Part shown: one piece after another, positions 9,347 to 18,954 of the stretch
Layout of the letters: the number at the start of each line of letters is the position of its first letter
Numbering within the stretch: position 1 is the stretch's first letter
Origin: an uncultured Bifidobacteriaceae bacterium
Lineage (GTDB): Bacteria > Actinomycetota > Actinomycetes > S36-B12
Direction: 5' to 3'
Length of the DNA: 51,277 bases
Assembly: GCA_964391765.1 (NCBI GenBank)
Contig: CAYMNG010000005.1
Span: 1 to 51,277 of the forward strand
Notes under the pieces: model-generated
Seen by the model: only the letters and a program-made list of their open reading frames with translations
Databases searched by the model: none
What the model was told of the DNA's origin: nothing
Translations under genes and position numbers: made by a program

Positions 9347-10450
9347 ATGAGGACAGTTCTTCGCGCAGTCCTGGCAGGGGGTGCGGCAATCGCCCTTACG
9401 GCGTCGCTCGTCGGTCCGGCGTCGGCCGCGAACAACCCGTCTCCGGCCCAGGTCGCCGCCGGGTACATGAAGGAACCGACGCGGATCAACCAGAAGGTGC
9501 CGCTGCGGGTCAAGCCCCCGCGTGGCATCAAGCTCGCCTACATGCAGCAGGGCATTCCGACGCAGGTCATGGTGGGCAAGTACCTCGCGCAGGCGGCGAC
9601 CACGGTCGGCTGGTCGGTCTTCGAGGTGCCGTGGAACACCTCCGATCCGGCGAAGATCAACAGCGGCCTGCAGAACGCCGTCCAGCAGGGGGCGCAGATC
9701 ATCGTGGCGCCCGGGATCCTGCCCTCGATGGTCAGCGCGACGGTGAAGAACCAGCTCGCCGATGCGAAGATCCCCGTCATCCTCGGGCAGATCTGCTCGA
9801 CCGACCCGATCCCGGCACCGTTCATCGCCGGATTCGGCCTGTGCGCCAACGAGGCGCCGCTGGCCCGCTCGCTCGCGGCCTGGGTCGCCGCCGACTCCAA
9901 GGGCTCTGGCCGGGTCCTGTTCTCCGACACGCAGGGTGTGCCGCTGCTCGTGCCGTTCAAGCAGCGGTTCGCGGCCGAACTGCGCAGCATGTGCCCCGGT
10001 TGCAGCGTGACCTACCAGCCGATCACGATCGCGCAGTTCGTCGGCGGGCAGATCCCCGGGATCATGGTCTCCGCGCTGCGCCGCGATCCGTCGGTCGACT
10101 ACATGTTCTTCGACACCGGGCAGCTGAGCAAGGGGATCCTGCCCGCGCTGGACTCGGCGGGACTGCTGTCGAAGGTCAAGGTCGGTGGCCGTAGCGCCTC
10201 GGCGGCGGAACTGCAGGGCCTGCGCGACAAGCAGATGGTCGTGTGGACGATGCAGAGCTTCGGTGTGTACGGCTTCGCGGCGCTGGATGCGGCGCTTCGG
10301 GTCGTGACGAAGTCCAGCGGGATCACCGGCAACGCCGTGCTCCCCGTGCAGCTGCTCACGACGGTGAACGTCGACTCGGCGCCCGATCCGTACGAGGTCG
10401 TCCCGGCGAACGCGCTCGCGATGTACAAGAAGTTGTGGCGAGTGAGCTAG
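9347..10450 (+). CDS. Sugar-type (CUT2) ABC transporter substrate-binding protein with Sec signal peptide
   Basis: Signal peptide is MRTVLRAVLAGGAAIALTASLVGPASA. The body resembles a PBP type I protein. A gggag SD lies 6 nt before ATG 9347. ORF-track start 9290 (TTG) is probably too early. Confidence 0.8.
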   Translation: MRTVLRAVLAGGAAIALTASLVGPASAANNPSPAQVAAGYMKEPTRINQKVPLRVKPPRGIKLAYMQQGIPTQVMVGKYLAQAATTVGWSVFEVPWNTSDPAKINSGLQNAVQQGAQIIVAPGILPSMVSATVKNQLADAKIPVILGQICSTDPIPAPFIAGFGLCANEAPLARSLAAWVAADSKGSGRVLFSDTQGVPLLVPFKQRFAAELRSMCPGCSVTYQPITIAQFVGGQIPGIMVSALRRDPSVDYMFFDTGQLSKGILPALDSAGLLSKVKVGGRSASAAELQGLRDKQMVVWTMQSFGVYGFAALDAALRVVTKSSGITGNAVLPVQLLTTVNVDSAPDPYEVVPANALAMYKKLWRVS

Positions 10451-10454
10451 TTCG

Positions 10455-12086
10455 TTGACCTTCTCGGATGTGCCACGCAACACCCAGGGCAACACCGGCG
10501 GGGCTGGTGGTGAAGACGCCACCAGCCCCGCCGCGGGCGGCCGGACGCTCGCCCTGGAGTGCGACGGACTGGCGAAGACGTTCGTCGGCCGCACGGTCCT
10601 GCACCCCTTTCGGCTGACCGTCGCTCCCGGTGAGATCCACGCGCTGCTCGGTCAGAACGGATCGGGCAAGTCGACGCTGATCAAGATCCTGTCCGGACTG
10701 CATCACCCCGACTCCCCCGCTGCGGTCTGCCGGGTCGGTGGTCGGCAACTGACCTTCGGTGACTCGCTGTCCGCGCACGCGCTCGGACTGCGGTTCGTCC
10801 ACCAGGACCTCGGCCTGGTGCTGCAGTCCTCGATCGCGGACAACCTCGGCTTCACGCAGGGGTATCCCACCCGGTTCGGGGCGATCCGTCGATCGGCGAC
10901 GAGCGAACGAGCACGCCGGATGCTCGCGACCGTCGAACTCGACCTCGACCCGGCGACCTTGGTGTCGAGCCTGACCAATGCGCAGCGCACGGGGGTGGCC
11001 GTGGCCCGCGCGATGGGCCTGGACACGACCTCGGCCCGAGTGCTCGTGCTCGACGAGCCGACCGCCACCCTCCCCGAGACCGACGTCGCCCACCTGCATG
11101 CGACCCTGCGAGCCGCGGCGGCCAGCGGCGTCGGCATCTTGTACGTCACGCACCACCTGGACGAGGTGTTCACCCTGGCGACCACCGTGAGCGTCCTTCG
11201 CGACGGCCGCCTCGTCCACAGCGGGCCGGTCGCGGCGACCGATCGCCCGGCGGTCGTCCGGCACCTGGTCGGACGCGAACTCGAGGAGGTCGCCCGGACC
11301 GGGTCGGCGGCCGGCGACGCGCGGGCGGACCGCCCGATCGCACTGGACGTGCGTGACCTCGAGGACGACATCATCCGGGGGATCTCGCTCACCGTCCGGG
11401 CGGGCGAGATCGTGGGGATCTACGGGCTCGTCGGATCGGGCAGCGAGTCGGTGCTCGGCGCGATCTACGGTGCCCGGGCACGCACCGGCGGGACCGTGAC
11501 GGTCCGCTCGACGGTGGTCGAGCCGTTCCGGCCGAAGTCGTCGCGGGCGGCGGGAGTCGCGTACGTCCCCCCGGATCGCAAGGTGTCCGGTGGCTTCATG
11601 CACCTGACCGCGGCGGAGAACATCACGTTGGCGGACCTGAGCACCGTGTGGCACTGGGGCTTCCTGCGGCTTCGGCGCGAGGCGAGCGAGGCCGCCAGGT
11701 GGTTCGAGTCGCTCCAGGTGCACCCGCGGGACGGGGTCGACGCGCAACTGGCGACGTTCAGCGGCGGCAACCAGCAGAAGATCGTCTTCGGCAAGTGGCT
11801 GCGGACCGACCCCGTGGTCCTGCTGTTGGACGAACCGACGCAGGGCGTGGACGTCGGGGCGAAGGCCGAACTGCACCGGCGGATCATCCGGTCCTGCGCC
11901 GACGGCCTGGCGGTCGTGGTGAGCTCCACGGACGTCGAGGAACTCGCCACGTTGTGCGATCGCGTCCTGTTCATCGTCGGTGGCCGGATCGCCGGCGAGA
12001 TGTCCGGCGGCGGGTTCACCGACGTCGCCATCAACCACAGGTTCCACGAAGTCCAATCGTCGGCCAGTCGCGGAGTGCGTTCATGA
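10455..12086 (+). CDS. Fused two-domain ABC transporter ATP-binding protein (CUT2)
   Basis: Walker A is GQNGSGKST and the second-half signature is FSGGNQQK. TTG start at 10455; the exact start is uncertain. Confidence 0.85.
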   Translation: MTFSDVPRNTQGNTGGAGGEDATSPAAGGRTLALECDGLAKTFVGRTVLHPFRLTVAPGEIHALLGQNGSGKSTLIKILSGLHHPDSPAAVCRVGGRQLTFGDSLSAHALGLRFVHQDLGLVLQSSIADNLGFTQGYPTRFGAIRRSATSERARRMLATVELDLDPATLVSSLTNAQRTGVAVARAMGLDTTSARVLVLDEPTATLPETDVAHLHATLRAAAASGVGILYVTHHLDEVFTLATTVSVLRDGRLVHSGPVAATDRPAVVRHLVGRELEEVARTGSAAGDARADRPIALDVRDLEDDIIRGISLTVRAGEIVGIYGLVGSGSESVLGAIYGARARTGGTVTVRSTVVEPFRPKSSRAAGVAYVPPDRKVSGGFMHLTAAENITLADLSTVWHWGFLRLRREASEAARWFESLQVHPRDGVDAQLATFSGGNQQKIVFGKWLRTDPVVLLLDEPTQGVDVGAKAELHRRIIRSCADGLAVVVSSTDVEELATLCDRVLFIVGGRIAGEMSGGGFTDVAINHRFHEVQSSASRGVRS

Positions 12087-13141
12087 AGATCAACCTGGGT
12101 CTGGATCGCTTCAGCGGGATCTACCTGCTGGGCATCTTCGTCGTGGTGTTCTCGATCCTCGCCCCGTCGACCTTCCCGACGATGTCGACACTGCACATCA
12201 TCGCCTCGTCGCAGGCGGCGGTCGGTGTCGTGGCGCTCGCGGTCCTCATCCCGCTCATCGCCGGGCAGTTCGACCTGTCGATCGGCGCCAATGCGAACCT
12301 CGCCGGGATCTGCGCGCTGATGCTGCAGACGAACGGGATCCTCGGCGCGATCCTGGCGCTGCTCGCCGGCATCGGCATCGGCGTCGTCATCGGCCTGCTC
12401 AACGGGATGCTCGTGGTCGTCTTCAAGGTCAACTCGTTCATCGCGACGCTGGCGATGACCTCGGTGCTGTCGGCCGTCCTGCTCATGGTGACCCGCAGCG
12501 AGGAGATCCCCCCGGGTGAGTACGGGCCGTTCCAGCAACTGACGCAGACCGACGTGTTCGGATTCCAGTCGGTCATTCTCTTCACGATCGTCCTCGCCGT
12601 GATCGTCTGGTGGGTGATCGAGCGCACGCCGCCGGGGCGGTACCTGCGCGCGGTCGGCCAGAACCCCGAAGCGGCCCGGCTCACCGGGCTACCGGTCAAC
12701 CGCCTGGTGTGGATGTCACTCGTCGCCTCCGGCGGGATCGCCGCGTTCGGCGGGATCCTCGTCGTGTCCTCGACCGGCCCGTCGCTCGAGTTCGGCCCCG
12801 GGCTGCTGCTGCCGACGTTCGCGGCGGCGTTCTTGGGCTCGACGCAGATCCAACCCGGACGCGAGAACGTTTGGGGCACGCTCATCGCCATCCTCGTGCT
12901 CGCGGTGGGCGTGCAGGGCCTGCAGCTCGTGACCGGGGTCGTGTGGGTCGCCCCGTTGTTCAACGGCCTGGCCCTCATGGTCGCCGTCGCCGTCGCGGTC
13001 AATCGCCAGTCCCGCGTGACCCGGGCGAGGACGAAGCCACCGGGGGACTCGCTCGGCTCGGCCGGGGGCGAGCACGTCGTCGGGCAGGCGACCGCTGACG
13101 GGGTGGCCTCGGCGACGACCTCGGGAGGAGCCGATGAGTAG
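12083..13141 (+). CDS. ABC transporter permease (RbsC-like)
   Basis: MKINLGLDRFSGIYLLGIFVVVF..., multi-TM. ATG 12083 forms an ATGA overlap with the ATPase stop. This is the only credible part of ORF-track entry 11648..13141. Confidence 0.85.
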   Translation: MKINLGLDRFSGIYLLGIFVVVFSILAPSTFPTMSTLHIIASSQAAVGVVALAVLIPLIAGQFDLSIGANANLAGICALMLQTNGILGAILALLAGIGIGVVIGLLNGMLVVVFKVNSFIATLAMTSVLSAVLLMVTRSEEIPPGEYGPFQQLTQTDVFGFQSVILFTIVLAVIVWWVIERTPPGRYLRAVGQNPEAARLTGLPVNRLVWMSLVASGGIAAFGGILVVSSTGPSLEFGPGLLLPTFAAAFLGSTQIQPGRENVWGTLIAILVLAVGVQGLQLVTGVVWVAPLFNGLALMVAVAVAVNRQSRVTRARTKPPGDSLGSAGGEHVVGQATADGVASATTSGGADE

Positions 13142-13874
13142 AGGTACGAGTAGCGGCAGTGGCGGCGCAGGCCCACGCGAACGCCGGATCGCGGGCGGTT
13201 CGCGGGTCGTCGTCGCGCTCGGGGCGGCGGTCCTCGCACTGACCGCGTGCGGACCGGGATGGTGGACCCCGGTGGTCAAGGAGACACCGATCGCCCCGTC
13301 CGCCTCGGCCGACGTGTCGGTCGAGGCGTCGGCCGATCTCGGCCCGGCGGCCACCCTCGACCTGACGATCGAGACGTTCCCGACGCGGTGGAACGAGATG
13401 GCCACGGCCAACGGATCGGGGATCGACCTCGCTGACCCTCTGGTCGCCGACGACACCACTGACGGCGTCTCGTCGATCACCGTGCCGGTCGGTGACGGAA
13501 CGCTGTTCGTCCAGTGGCAGGCCGACGACGGGAAGATCCTCATCGCCGAGGTCGACGTCCCGATCGCGGACGATCCGACCACGTCCGCGGCGCTGCCGAT
13601 CGTCGAGGCCCTCGCCCACGCCGGCCTGGACCTGTCGGCCGAGGAGTCCTCGGCGTTCGTCGCGACGACGGTGGCGGACGCGGTCGCCGATGCGATCGAC
13701 CCGTCCTACATCGACGCGACGGTCTCGTCGGGATCGGCGGACTTCGCGCTCAGCATCGTGTCGGGCACGGGGTCCTTCATCATCACGCCAGCGGTCGACG
13801 ACGGTTCGTCCGTCGACGACGGTTCGACCCAGACGGCGCCGTCCCCGTCAGCGCCGTCCCCGTCAGCGCAGTGA
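13134..13874 (+). CDS. Acidic secreted lipoprotein of unknown function
   Basis: Lipobox LALTAC follows a basic N-terminus. The mature part is Asp/Ala/Ser-rich with no family recognised. It overlaps the permease stop by 8 nt. The C-terminus is encoded by tandem DNA repeats. Confidence 0.55.
   Translation: MSRGTSSGSGGAGPRERRIAGGSRVVVALGAAVLALTACGPGWWTPVVKETPIAPSASADVSVEASADLGPAATLDLTIETFPTRWNEMATANGSGIDLADPLVADDTTDGVSSITVPVGDGTLFVQWQADDGKILIAEVDVPIADDPTTSAALPIVEALAHAGLDLSAEESSAFVATTVADAVADAIDPSYIDATVSSGSADFALSIVSGTGSFIITPAVDDGSSVDDGSTQTAPSPSAPSPSAQ
13836..13865 (+). repeat. Perfect 15-bp tandem duplication inside the lipoprotein 3' end (encodes APSPS-APSPS)
   Basis: gcgccgtccccgtca occurs at 13836-13850 and again at 13851-13865. 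An imperfect 18-bp repeat gacgacggttcg... lies just upstream. Confidence 0.85.
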
Positions 13875-14921
13875 CCCGGGGGGGACCGACCACCCCCAGG
13901 TCGTCGTCCCCTCGCGGCGCAGCGTGCCGCGTTCGACCAGGAGAGCGAGGTGCGCGGCGGTCTCCGCGAGCGCGGCGCGGCGCATCGTTCCGGTCACCTG
14001 CGGCCAGTCGCGCGACCAGCCGATCCGCTCGGCGACCTGCCAGACGGTCGCCGTCGTGCCGCGGTCGAGCGTGGCCACGATCTCGCGGCAGCGGGCCTCG
14101 TGGTGATCGATCAGGGCGCGAGCCCGATCGTCGACACCGCGGAAGCGGTACTCGTGCGCGGGGAGGGCCTCGGCCGTCGCGTGCTCGACGATCGCGGCGA
14201 GGGAGCGGAGGTAGCCGGCCAACGGCGGGACGGTCGCGTGCGGATGCAGGCCGATGTTCGGCGTGATGCGCGGCAGGAGGTGGTCCCCGGTCAGCAGGAC
14301 GTCCTCGGTGCGGTCGTACAGGCACACGTGTCCGGGGGTGTGGCCCGGGGTCCAGACGACGCGCAGCCGGCGGCCGTCACCGGGCAGGCCATCGCCGTGC
14401 TCGAGGAGGACGTCCGGTGGCGCGAGGTCGTCGATGCGCTCGACGATCGACCGGTTCAGCGCCAGTCGCCCGCGTTCGGCCGGCGGGACGCCGCAGTGCG
14501 CCAGCCACGCCTCCTCGGCCGGGGAGTCCGCGCGCAGCGCCGCCCGCGTCGGCAGGCTCGACCACTCGACCGCGTGCATCGCCACCCACGCGTTCGACGC
14601 CTCGCGCAGGCGCGCGGAGAGTCCGTGGTGGTCCAGATGCACATGCGTGACGACGATGCCGGCGACGTCGGACACCCTCGCCCCGGCCGCGCCCAGGCCG
14701 TCCACCAGCGCCGACCAGCCGGCGTCGCTGGGCCAACCCGGATCGACGACGACCAGCCGGCCGGCCGACTCGATGGCGTACGACAGCGTGTAGCGCAGCG
14801 GGTTGTCCGGGATGGGAACGGGAATCGACCACATGCCGGGCCGAACCTGCTCGACCGGCGGGAGCACGCCGGCCCGCCACGCCGCCCGCTGGACGGTCCC
14901 GGTCACCTGGACGCACGACAC
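13863..14921 (-). CDS. MBL-fold metallo-hydrolase
   Basis: It has the THVHLDHHG (HxHxDH) motif and later His/Asp ligands. GTG start at 14921 lies 2 nt after the upstream stop. It is the last gene of the minus-strand operon. Its 3' end overlaps the convergent lipoprotein gene by 12 nt. Confidence 0.8.
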   Translation of the reverse strand: MSCVQVTGTVQRAAWRAGVLPPVEQVRPGMWSIPVPIPDNPLRYTLSYAIESAGRLVVVDPGWPSDAGWSALVDGLGAAGARVSDVAGIVVTHVHLDHHGLSARLREASNAWVAMHAVEWSSLPTRAALRADSPAEEAWLAHCGVPPAERGRLALNRSIVERIDDLAPPDVLLEHGDGLPGDGRRLRVVWTPGHTPGHVCLYDRTEDVLLTGDHLLPRITPNIGLHPHATVPPLAGYLRSLAAIVEHATAEALPAHEYRFRGVDDRARALIDHHEARCREIVATLDRGTTATVWQVAERIGWSRDWPQVTGTMRRAALAETAAHLALLVERGTLRREGTTTWGWSVPPGSLR

Positions 14922-14923
14922 GG

Positions 14924-16168
14924 TCAGCTCCGTGCGTCCTCCTGGCCGGTCGACCGGCCGGCCGGCCCGTCCGCCGGCGGACCCAACTCGGCGAGGATCT
15001 CGGCGCGGTGCTCGTCCAGGCCCGGGCCGGACCAGCGGACCGCGCCGGGTGTGGCCGACAGGCGCGGGGTCACGTTCTGCATGGTGACCTCACCGAGGGT
15101 GGGATCGGGGACCGTGACGAGGCTGCCACGATGGACGAACTGCGGGTCGGTGACCATCTCCGCCGCCGTGTAGACCGTCCCCGCGGGAACGCCGTTCGCC
15201 TCGAGCAGTGCGAGCAGGTCGGCCGCGGTCAGGGTCGCGGTCCAGGCGGAGACGATCTCGTCCAACTCGACCTGTCGCGCCCCGCGCGCGGTGTGCGCGG
15301 CGAAGTCGGGGTCGGTGGCCAGGTCGGGTCGGCCCATCGCCTCGGCCAGCCGCGCGAACACGGCGTCGTGATTGGCGGCGATCAGGACCCACGAACCGTC
15401 CGCGGTCGGGTACACGTTGCTGGGGGCGACCCCGGGCAGGATCCCCCCGGTGCGGTTGCGGACCTCGCCGGTCGCCACGAACTCCGAGACCAGGGCCTCC
15501 GTGACGCCCAGGACCGACTCGTACAGCGATACGTCGACGACCTGGCCCTCGCCGGTCGTCTCGCGTGCGCGCAGGGCGAGCAGCGCCCCGAGGGCACCGT
15601 TCATCCCGGCGAGCATGTCGCCGAGCGAGACACCCGACCGGCTCGGCGGGCGGTCGGGGTCCCCGGTCAGGTGGCGCAGACCGCCCATCGCCTCGCCGAT
15701 CGAGCCGAACCCGGCGCGGGCGGCGTACGGCCCGTCCTGGCCGAACCCGCTGATCCGTACCATCACCAGTGCCGGGTTGAGGCGATGGAGCTCCGCCCAC
15801 CCCAGTCCCAGGCGCTCGAGCGTCCCGACCCGGAAGTTCTCGACCAGCACGTCGGCCTGCGCGGCGAGCGCCCGCGCCACCGCGATGCCGTCGGGCGTGC
15901 GCAGGTCCACGGCGATGCTGCGCTTGTTCCGGCCGATGACCGACCACGACAGCGATCGACCGTCGACGACGACGCCCCAGCGGCGCATCGGATCGCCGGT
16001 GTCGACTGCCTCGACCTTGACGACGTCGGCGCCGAAGTCGCCGAGCAGTTGTCCGCAGTACGGCCCGGCGATCAGCTGACCGATCTCGACGACCCGGATC
16101 CCGGCGAGCGGGCCGGTGGGCTGGTCGGTGGGCTGGTCGGCGAGCGCTGTGTCGGGGGTGGGATCCAT
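14924..16168 (-). CDS. Family III CoA-transferase (CaiB/BaiF-like)
   Basis: LAGIRVVEIGQLIAGPYCGQLLGDFGADVVKVE is a typical N-terminus. ATG 16168 has a ggag SD 7 nt upstream. ORF-track start 16213 is less likely. Confidence 0.85.
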   Translation of the reverse strand: MDPTPDTALADQPTDQPTGPLAGIRVVEIGQLIAGPYCGQLLGDFGADVVKVEAVDTGDPMRRWGVVVDGRSLSWSVIGRNKRSIAVDLRTPDGIAVARALAAQADVLVENFRVGTLERLGLGWAELHRLNPALVMVRISGFGQDGPYAARAGFGSIGEAMGGLRHLTGDPDRPPSRSGVSLGDMLAGMNGALGALLALRARETTGEGQVVDVSLYESVLGVTEALVSEFVATGEVRNRTGGILPGVAPSNVYPTADGSWVLIAANHDAVFARLAEAMGRPDLATDPDFAAHTARGARQVELDEIVSAWTATLTAADLLALLEANGVPAGTVYTAAEMVTDPQFVHRGSLVTVPDPTLGEVTMQNVTPRLSATPGAVRWSGPGLDEHRAEILAELGPPADGPAGRSTGQEDARS

Positions 16169-16225
16169 CTTCACTCCGTCGGGGGTGGGCCGAGGCTGGT
16201 CACGGTGCCGCAAGGAGGCCGGCGG

Positions 16226-17002
16226 TCACTTCGGCGGCAGGCGGAGCGCACCGTCGATGCGCACGACCTCGCCGTTGACGTAGTCGTTCTCGACCAGCGA
16301 GACCGCCAGCGCGGCGAACTCCGGGGCCAGGCCGAGTCGCCGGGGGAAGACGACGTCCTTGGCCAGGTGGGCCTTGAACTCCTCCGCGGCCGGCCCCGAG
16401 CCGTAGATCGGGGTGTCGAACAGGCCGGGGACGATCGTGTTCACGCGCACTCCGACGACGGCGAGGTCGCGGGCGAGGGTCAGCGTCATCCCGACGATGC
16501 CGGACTTCGCGGCCGTGTACGCGATCTGACCGACCTGGCCTTCGAAGGCGGCGACGGACGCCGTCATCAGGATCGAGCCACGTCCGCCGCCGGCGTCCGG
16601 CTCGTTGCGCGACATGGCGGTCGCGGCCAGGCGTACGACGTTGAACGATCCGACGAGGTTCACGTCGACCACCCGGCGGAACATGTCCAGGTCGTGCGCG
16701 GACGCGTACTCCCCGTCCTTGCCGATCGTCCGGCTCAGGCTCGGGATCCCCGCGCAGGCGACGACGGACCGCAGGGGGGCGGCGTCGGTGGCGGCCGCGA
16801 TGGCCGTGATGACCTGCTCGGGGTCGGTGACGTCGGCATGCACGTAGCGTCCGCCGATCTCACCGGCGACGTGCTCGCCGCGGTCGTCGTTCAGGTCCAG
16901 GACGACCACCGTCGCGCCGCGTCCGGCGAGTGCGCGCGCCGTCGCCTCACCCAGCCCCGAGGCACCCCCGGTGACCACTGCCGAAGTTCCGTCCAGTCTC
17001 AT
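16226..17002 (-). CDS. Short-chain dehydrogenase, 3-hydroxyacyl-CoA dehydrogenase type-2-like
   Basis: SAVVTGGASGLGEATARAL Rossmann motif and YTAAK catalytic motif. An aaggag SD precedes ATG 17002, which overlaps the upstream stop (ATGA). It is the tail of ORF-track entry 16226..17422. Confidence 0.85.
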   Translation of the reverse strand: MRLDGTSAVVTGGASGLGEATARALAGRGATVVVLDLNDDRGEHVAGEIGGRYVHADVTDPEQVITAIAAATDAAPLRSVVACAGIPSLSRTIGKDGEYASAHDLDMFRRVVDVNLVGSFNVVRLAATAMSRNEPDAGGGRGSILMTASVAAFEGQVGQIAYTAAKSGIVGMTLTLARDLAVVGVRVNTIVPGLFDTPIYGSGPAAEEFKAHLAKDVVFPRRLGLAPEFAALAVSLVENDYVNGEVVRIDGALRLPPK

Positions 17003-17754
17003 GTGCCTGTCTCCTTTCGTCGGTCGGTGAACGCCGCGATCGCCGCGCGGGTCTGATCGGCGCCGAGGACCTCGAGTTGGGCGGCCATCTCCGCGTCGAG
17101 GGCCTGGCGCAGGGTGTGGTCCCAGGTCGCGGCGAGCAGGGCCTTGTTGGCCCGGTGGGCGACCGACGGGACTGCGCGCATCCGGGAAACGTAGTCCGCG
17201 ACCAGCGACGGGAGCTCGGGCGTCGGCGCGACCGCGGTGATCAGTCCCCACTGCAGCGCGGTCGCGGCGTCGACCGGCTCGCCGAGGAGGACCAGTTCGC
17301 GCGCCCGGCGCTCGCCGACCAGTCGAGGCAGCAGCCAGCTCGTGCCGCTGTCGACGGCCAGTCCGCGGCGGGCGAAGATCGCGCAGAACGAGGCCTGCGG
17401 TCCGGCGAGCACGATGTCGCAACTCAGCGCGAGGCTCAGGGCCGAGCCCGCCGCGATCCCCTCGACGACGGCGATCGACCCGATCCCCACCTCGTGGAGC
17501 GCGGCGATGGCCCGATGGGTGGACGCGATCCCGGCGCGGATGTCGCAGGCCGGGTCGAGGAACTCGCCGACGTCGGACCCGGACGAGAACGTCCCTGCGG
17601 CGCCGCGCAGGACGAGGACCTCGTCGGCCGGGTCGAGGTCACCCACGGCCGTCTCGAGCTGCTCCCACATCCGGATCGACACGGCGTTGCGCTTCTCGGG
17701 TCGGTCCAGGGTGATCGTGAGCACGCCGTCCGCGCGCACGGTTCGGATGCTCAT
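16999..17754 (-). CDS. Enoyl-CoA hydratase/isomerase (crotonase) family protein
   Basis: LTITLDRPEKRNAV...FSSGSDV...AVVEGIAAGSALSLALSCD crotonase pattern. ATG 17754 forms an ATGA overlap with the ACAD stop. Confidence 0.85.
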   Translation of the reverse strand: MSIRTVRADGVLTITLDRPEKRNAVSIRMWEQLETAVGDLDPADEVLVLRGAAGTFSSGSDVGEFLDPACDIRAGIASTHRAIAALHEVGIGSIAVVEGIAAGSALSLALSCDIVLAGPQASFCAIFARRGLAVDSGTSWLLPRLVGERRARELVLLGEPVDAATALQWGLITAVAPTPELPSLVADYVSRMRAVPSVAHRANKALLAATWDHTLRQALDAEMAAQLEVLGADQTRAAIAAFTDRRKETGT

Positions 17755-18923
17755 CGGCGGTCCGGGGCCGTCGCTTCGGCGGCGATCGACCGACCGATGA
17801 TCTCCTTCATGATCTGCGTCGTGCCGCCGTAGATGGTCTGGATGCGACCGTCGAGATACGCCCGCGCGATCGGGTACTCCCGGGTGTATCCGTACCCGCC
17901 GTGCAGTTGGAGGCACCGGTCGAGGAGGTTCTGCTGCATCTCGGTCGCCCAGAACTTCGCCCTGGCGGCGTCGACGGCACTGGTGAGCCCGGCGAGGTGG
18001 TCCTCGACCATCCGGTCGACGTAGGCCTGCGCGACCTCGGCCGCCGTCGTCAACTCCGCGAGCTCGAACCGGACGAACTGCAGATCGGTCAGCGGGCCGC
18101 CGAACGCCTCGCGGCTTCGGCAGTAGTCGATCGTCCAGCGCAGTGCCTGCTGGGCGCCGGCGACCGCCTGCACGGCCATCGACAGGCGCTCTTGGGCCAG
18201 GTTCCGCATCAGGATCTCGAACCCGGATCCCTCGTCCGCCAGGCGGTTCGCCACCGGGATCCGCGCGTCGGTGAAGAACAGTTCGGCGGTGTCCTGGCTG
18301 CGCTGACCGATCTTGTCGATCTTCTTGCCCCGTTCGAACCCGGCGGTACCCGGCTCGACGACGAGCAGGCTGAGTCCGCGGTGACGTTGGTTCGGATCCG
18401 TGCGGACCGCGAGCACGACGAGATCGGCGTTGAGGCCGTTCGTGACGAAGGTCTTGGTGCCGTTGACGACGTACGCGTCGCCGTCCCGGCGAGCCGTCGT
18501 CCGGATCGCGGCGAGATCGGACCCGGCGCCGGGCTCGGTCATCGAGATCGCCCCCATGAGCTCGCCGGTCACCATCCCCGGCAGCCATCGGCTGCGCTGC
18601 TCGTCGCTCGCGCTGCCCAGGAGGTACGGCAGGACGATGTCGTTGTGCAGCGTCAGGCAGATCCCAGAGCCGAGGACCCCTTGGCGCTGCAGTTCCTCGC
18701 TCATGACGACGTTGAACCGGAAGTCGTCCACGCCGGGACCGCCGTACTGCTCGGGGACGGCCATTCCGAGGAACCCGTGGCCACCGGCCTCGACGAACAT
18801 CGCCTTGTCGACCCGGCCCTGCTCCTCCCACCGATCGTGGTGCGGGGCGATCTCCTTCTCGACGAACCGGCGGAACGAGGCCCGGAAGTCCTCGTGCTCG
18901 TCCTCGAACATCCTGCGCTTCAC
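17751..18923 (-). CDS. Acyl-CoA dehydrogenase
   Basis: 390 aa. TEPGAGSD motif and C-terminal IYGGTTQIMKEIIGR. Start is GTG 18923 (gggaag SD) or ATG 18911. Confidence 0.9.
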   Translation of the reverse strand: MKRRMFEDEHEDFRASFRRFVEKEIAPHHDRWEEQGRVDKAMFVEAGGHGFLGMAVPEQYGGPGVDDFRFNVVMSEELQRQGVLGSGICLTLHNDIVLPYLLGSASDEQRSRWLPGMVTGELMGAISMTEPGAGSDLAAIRTTARRDGDAYVVNGTKTFVTNGLNADLVVLAVRTDPNQRHRGLSLLVVEPGTAGFERGKKIDKIGQRSQDTAELFFTDARIPVANRLADEGSGFEILMRNLAQERLSMAVQAVAGAQQALRWTIDYCRSREAFGGPLTDLQFVRFELAELTTAAEVAQAYVDRMVEDHLAGLTSAVDAARAKFWATEMQQNLLDRCLQLHGGYGYTREYPIARAYLDGRIQTIYGGTTQIMKEIIGRSIAAEATAPDRR

Positions 18924-18954
18924 GGGCGTCTTCCCATCGGCTCGGCTGCGGTGG

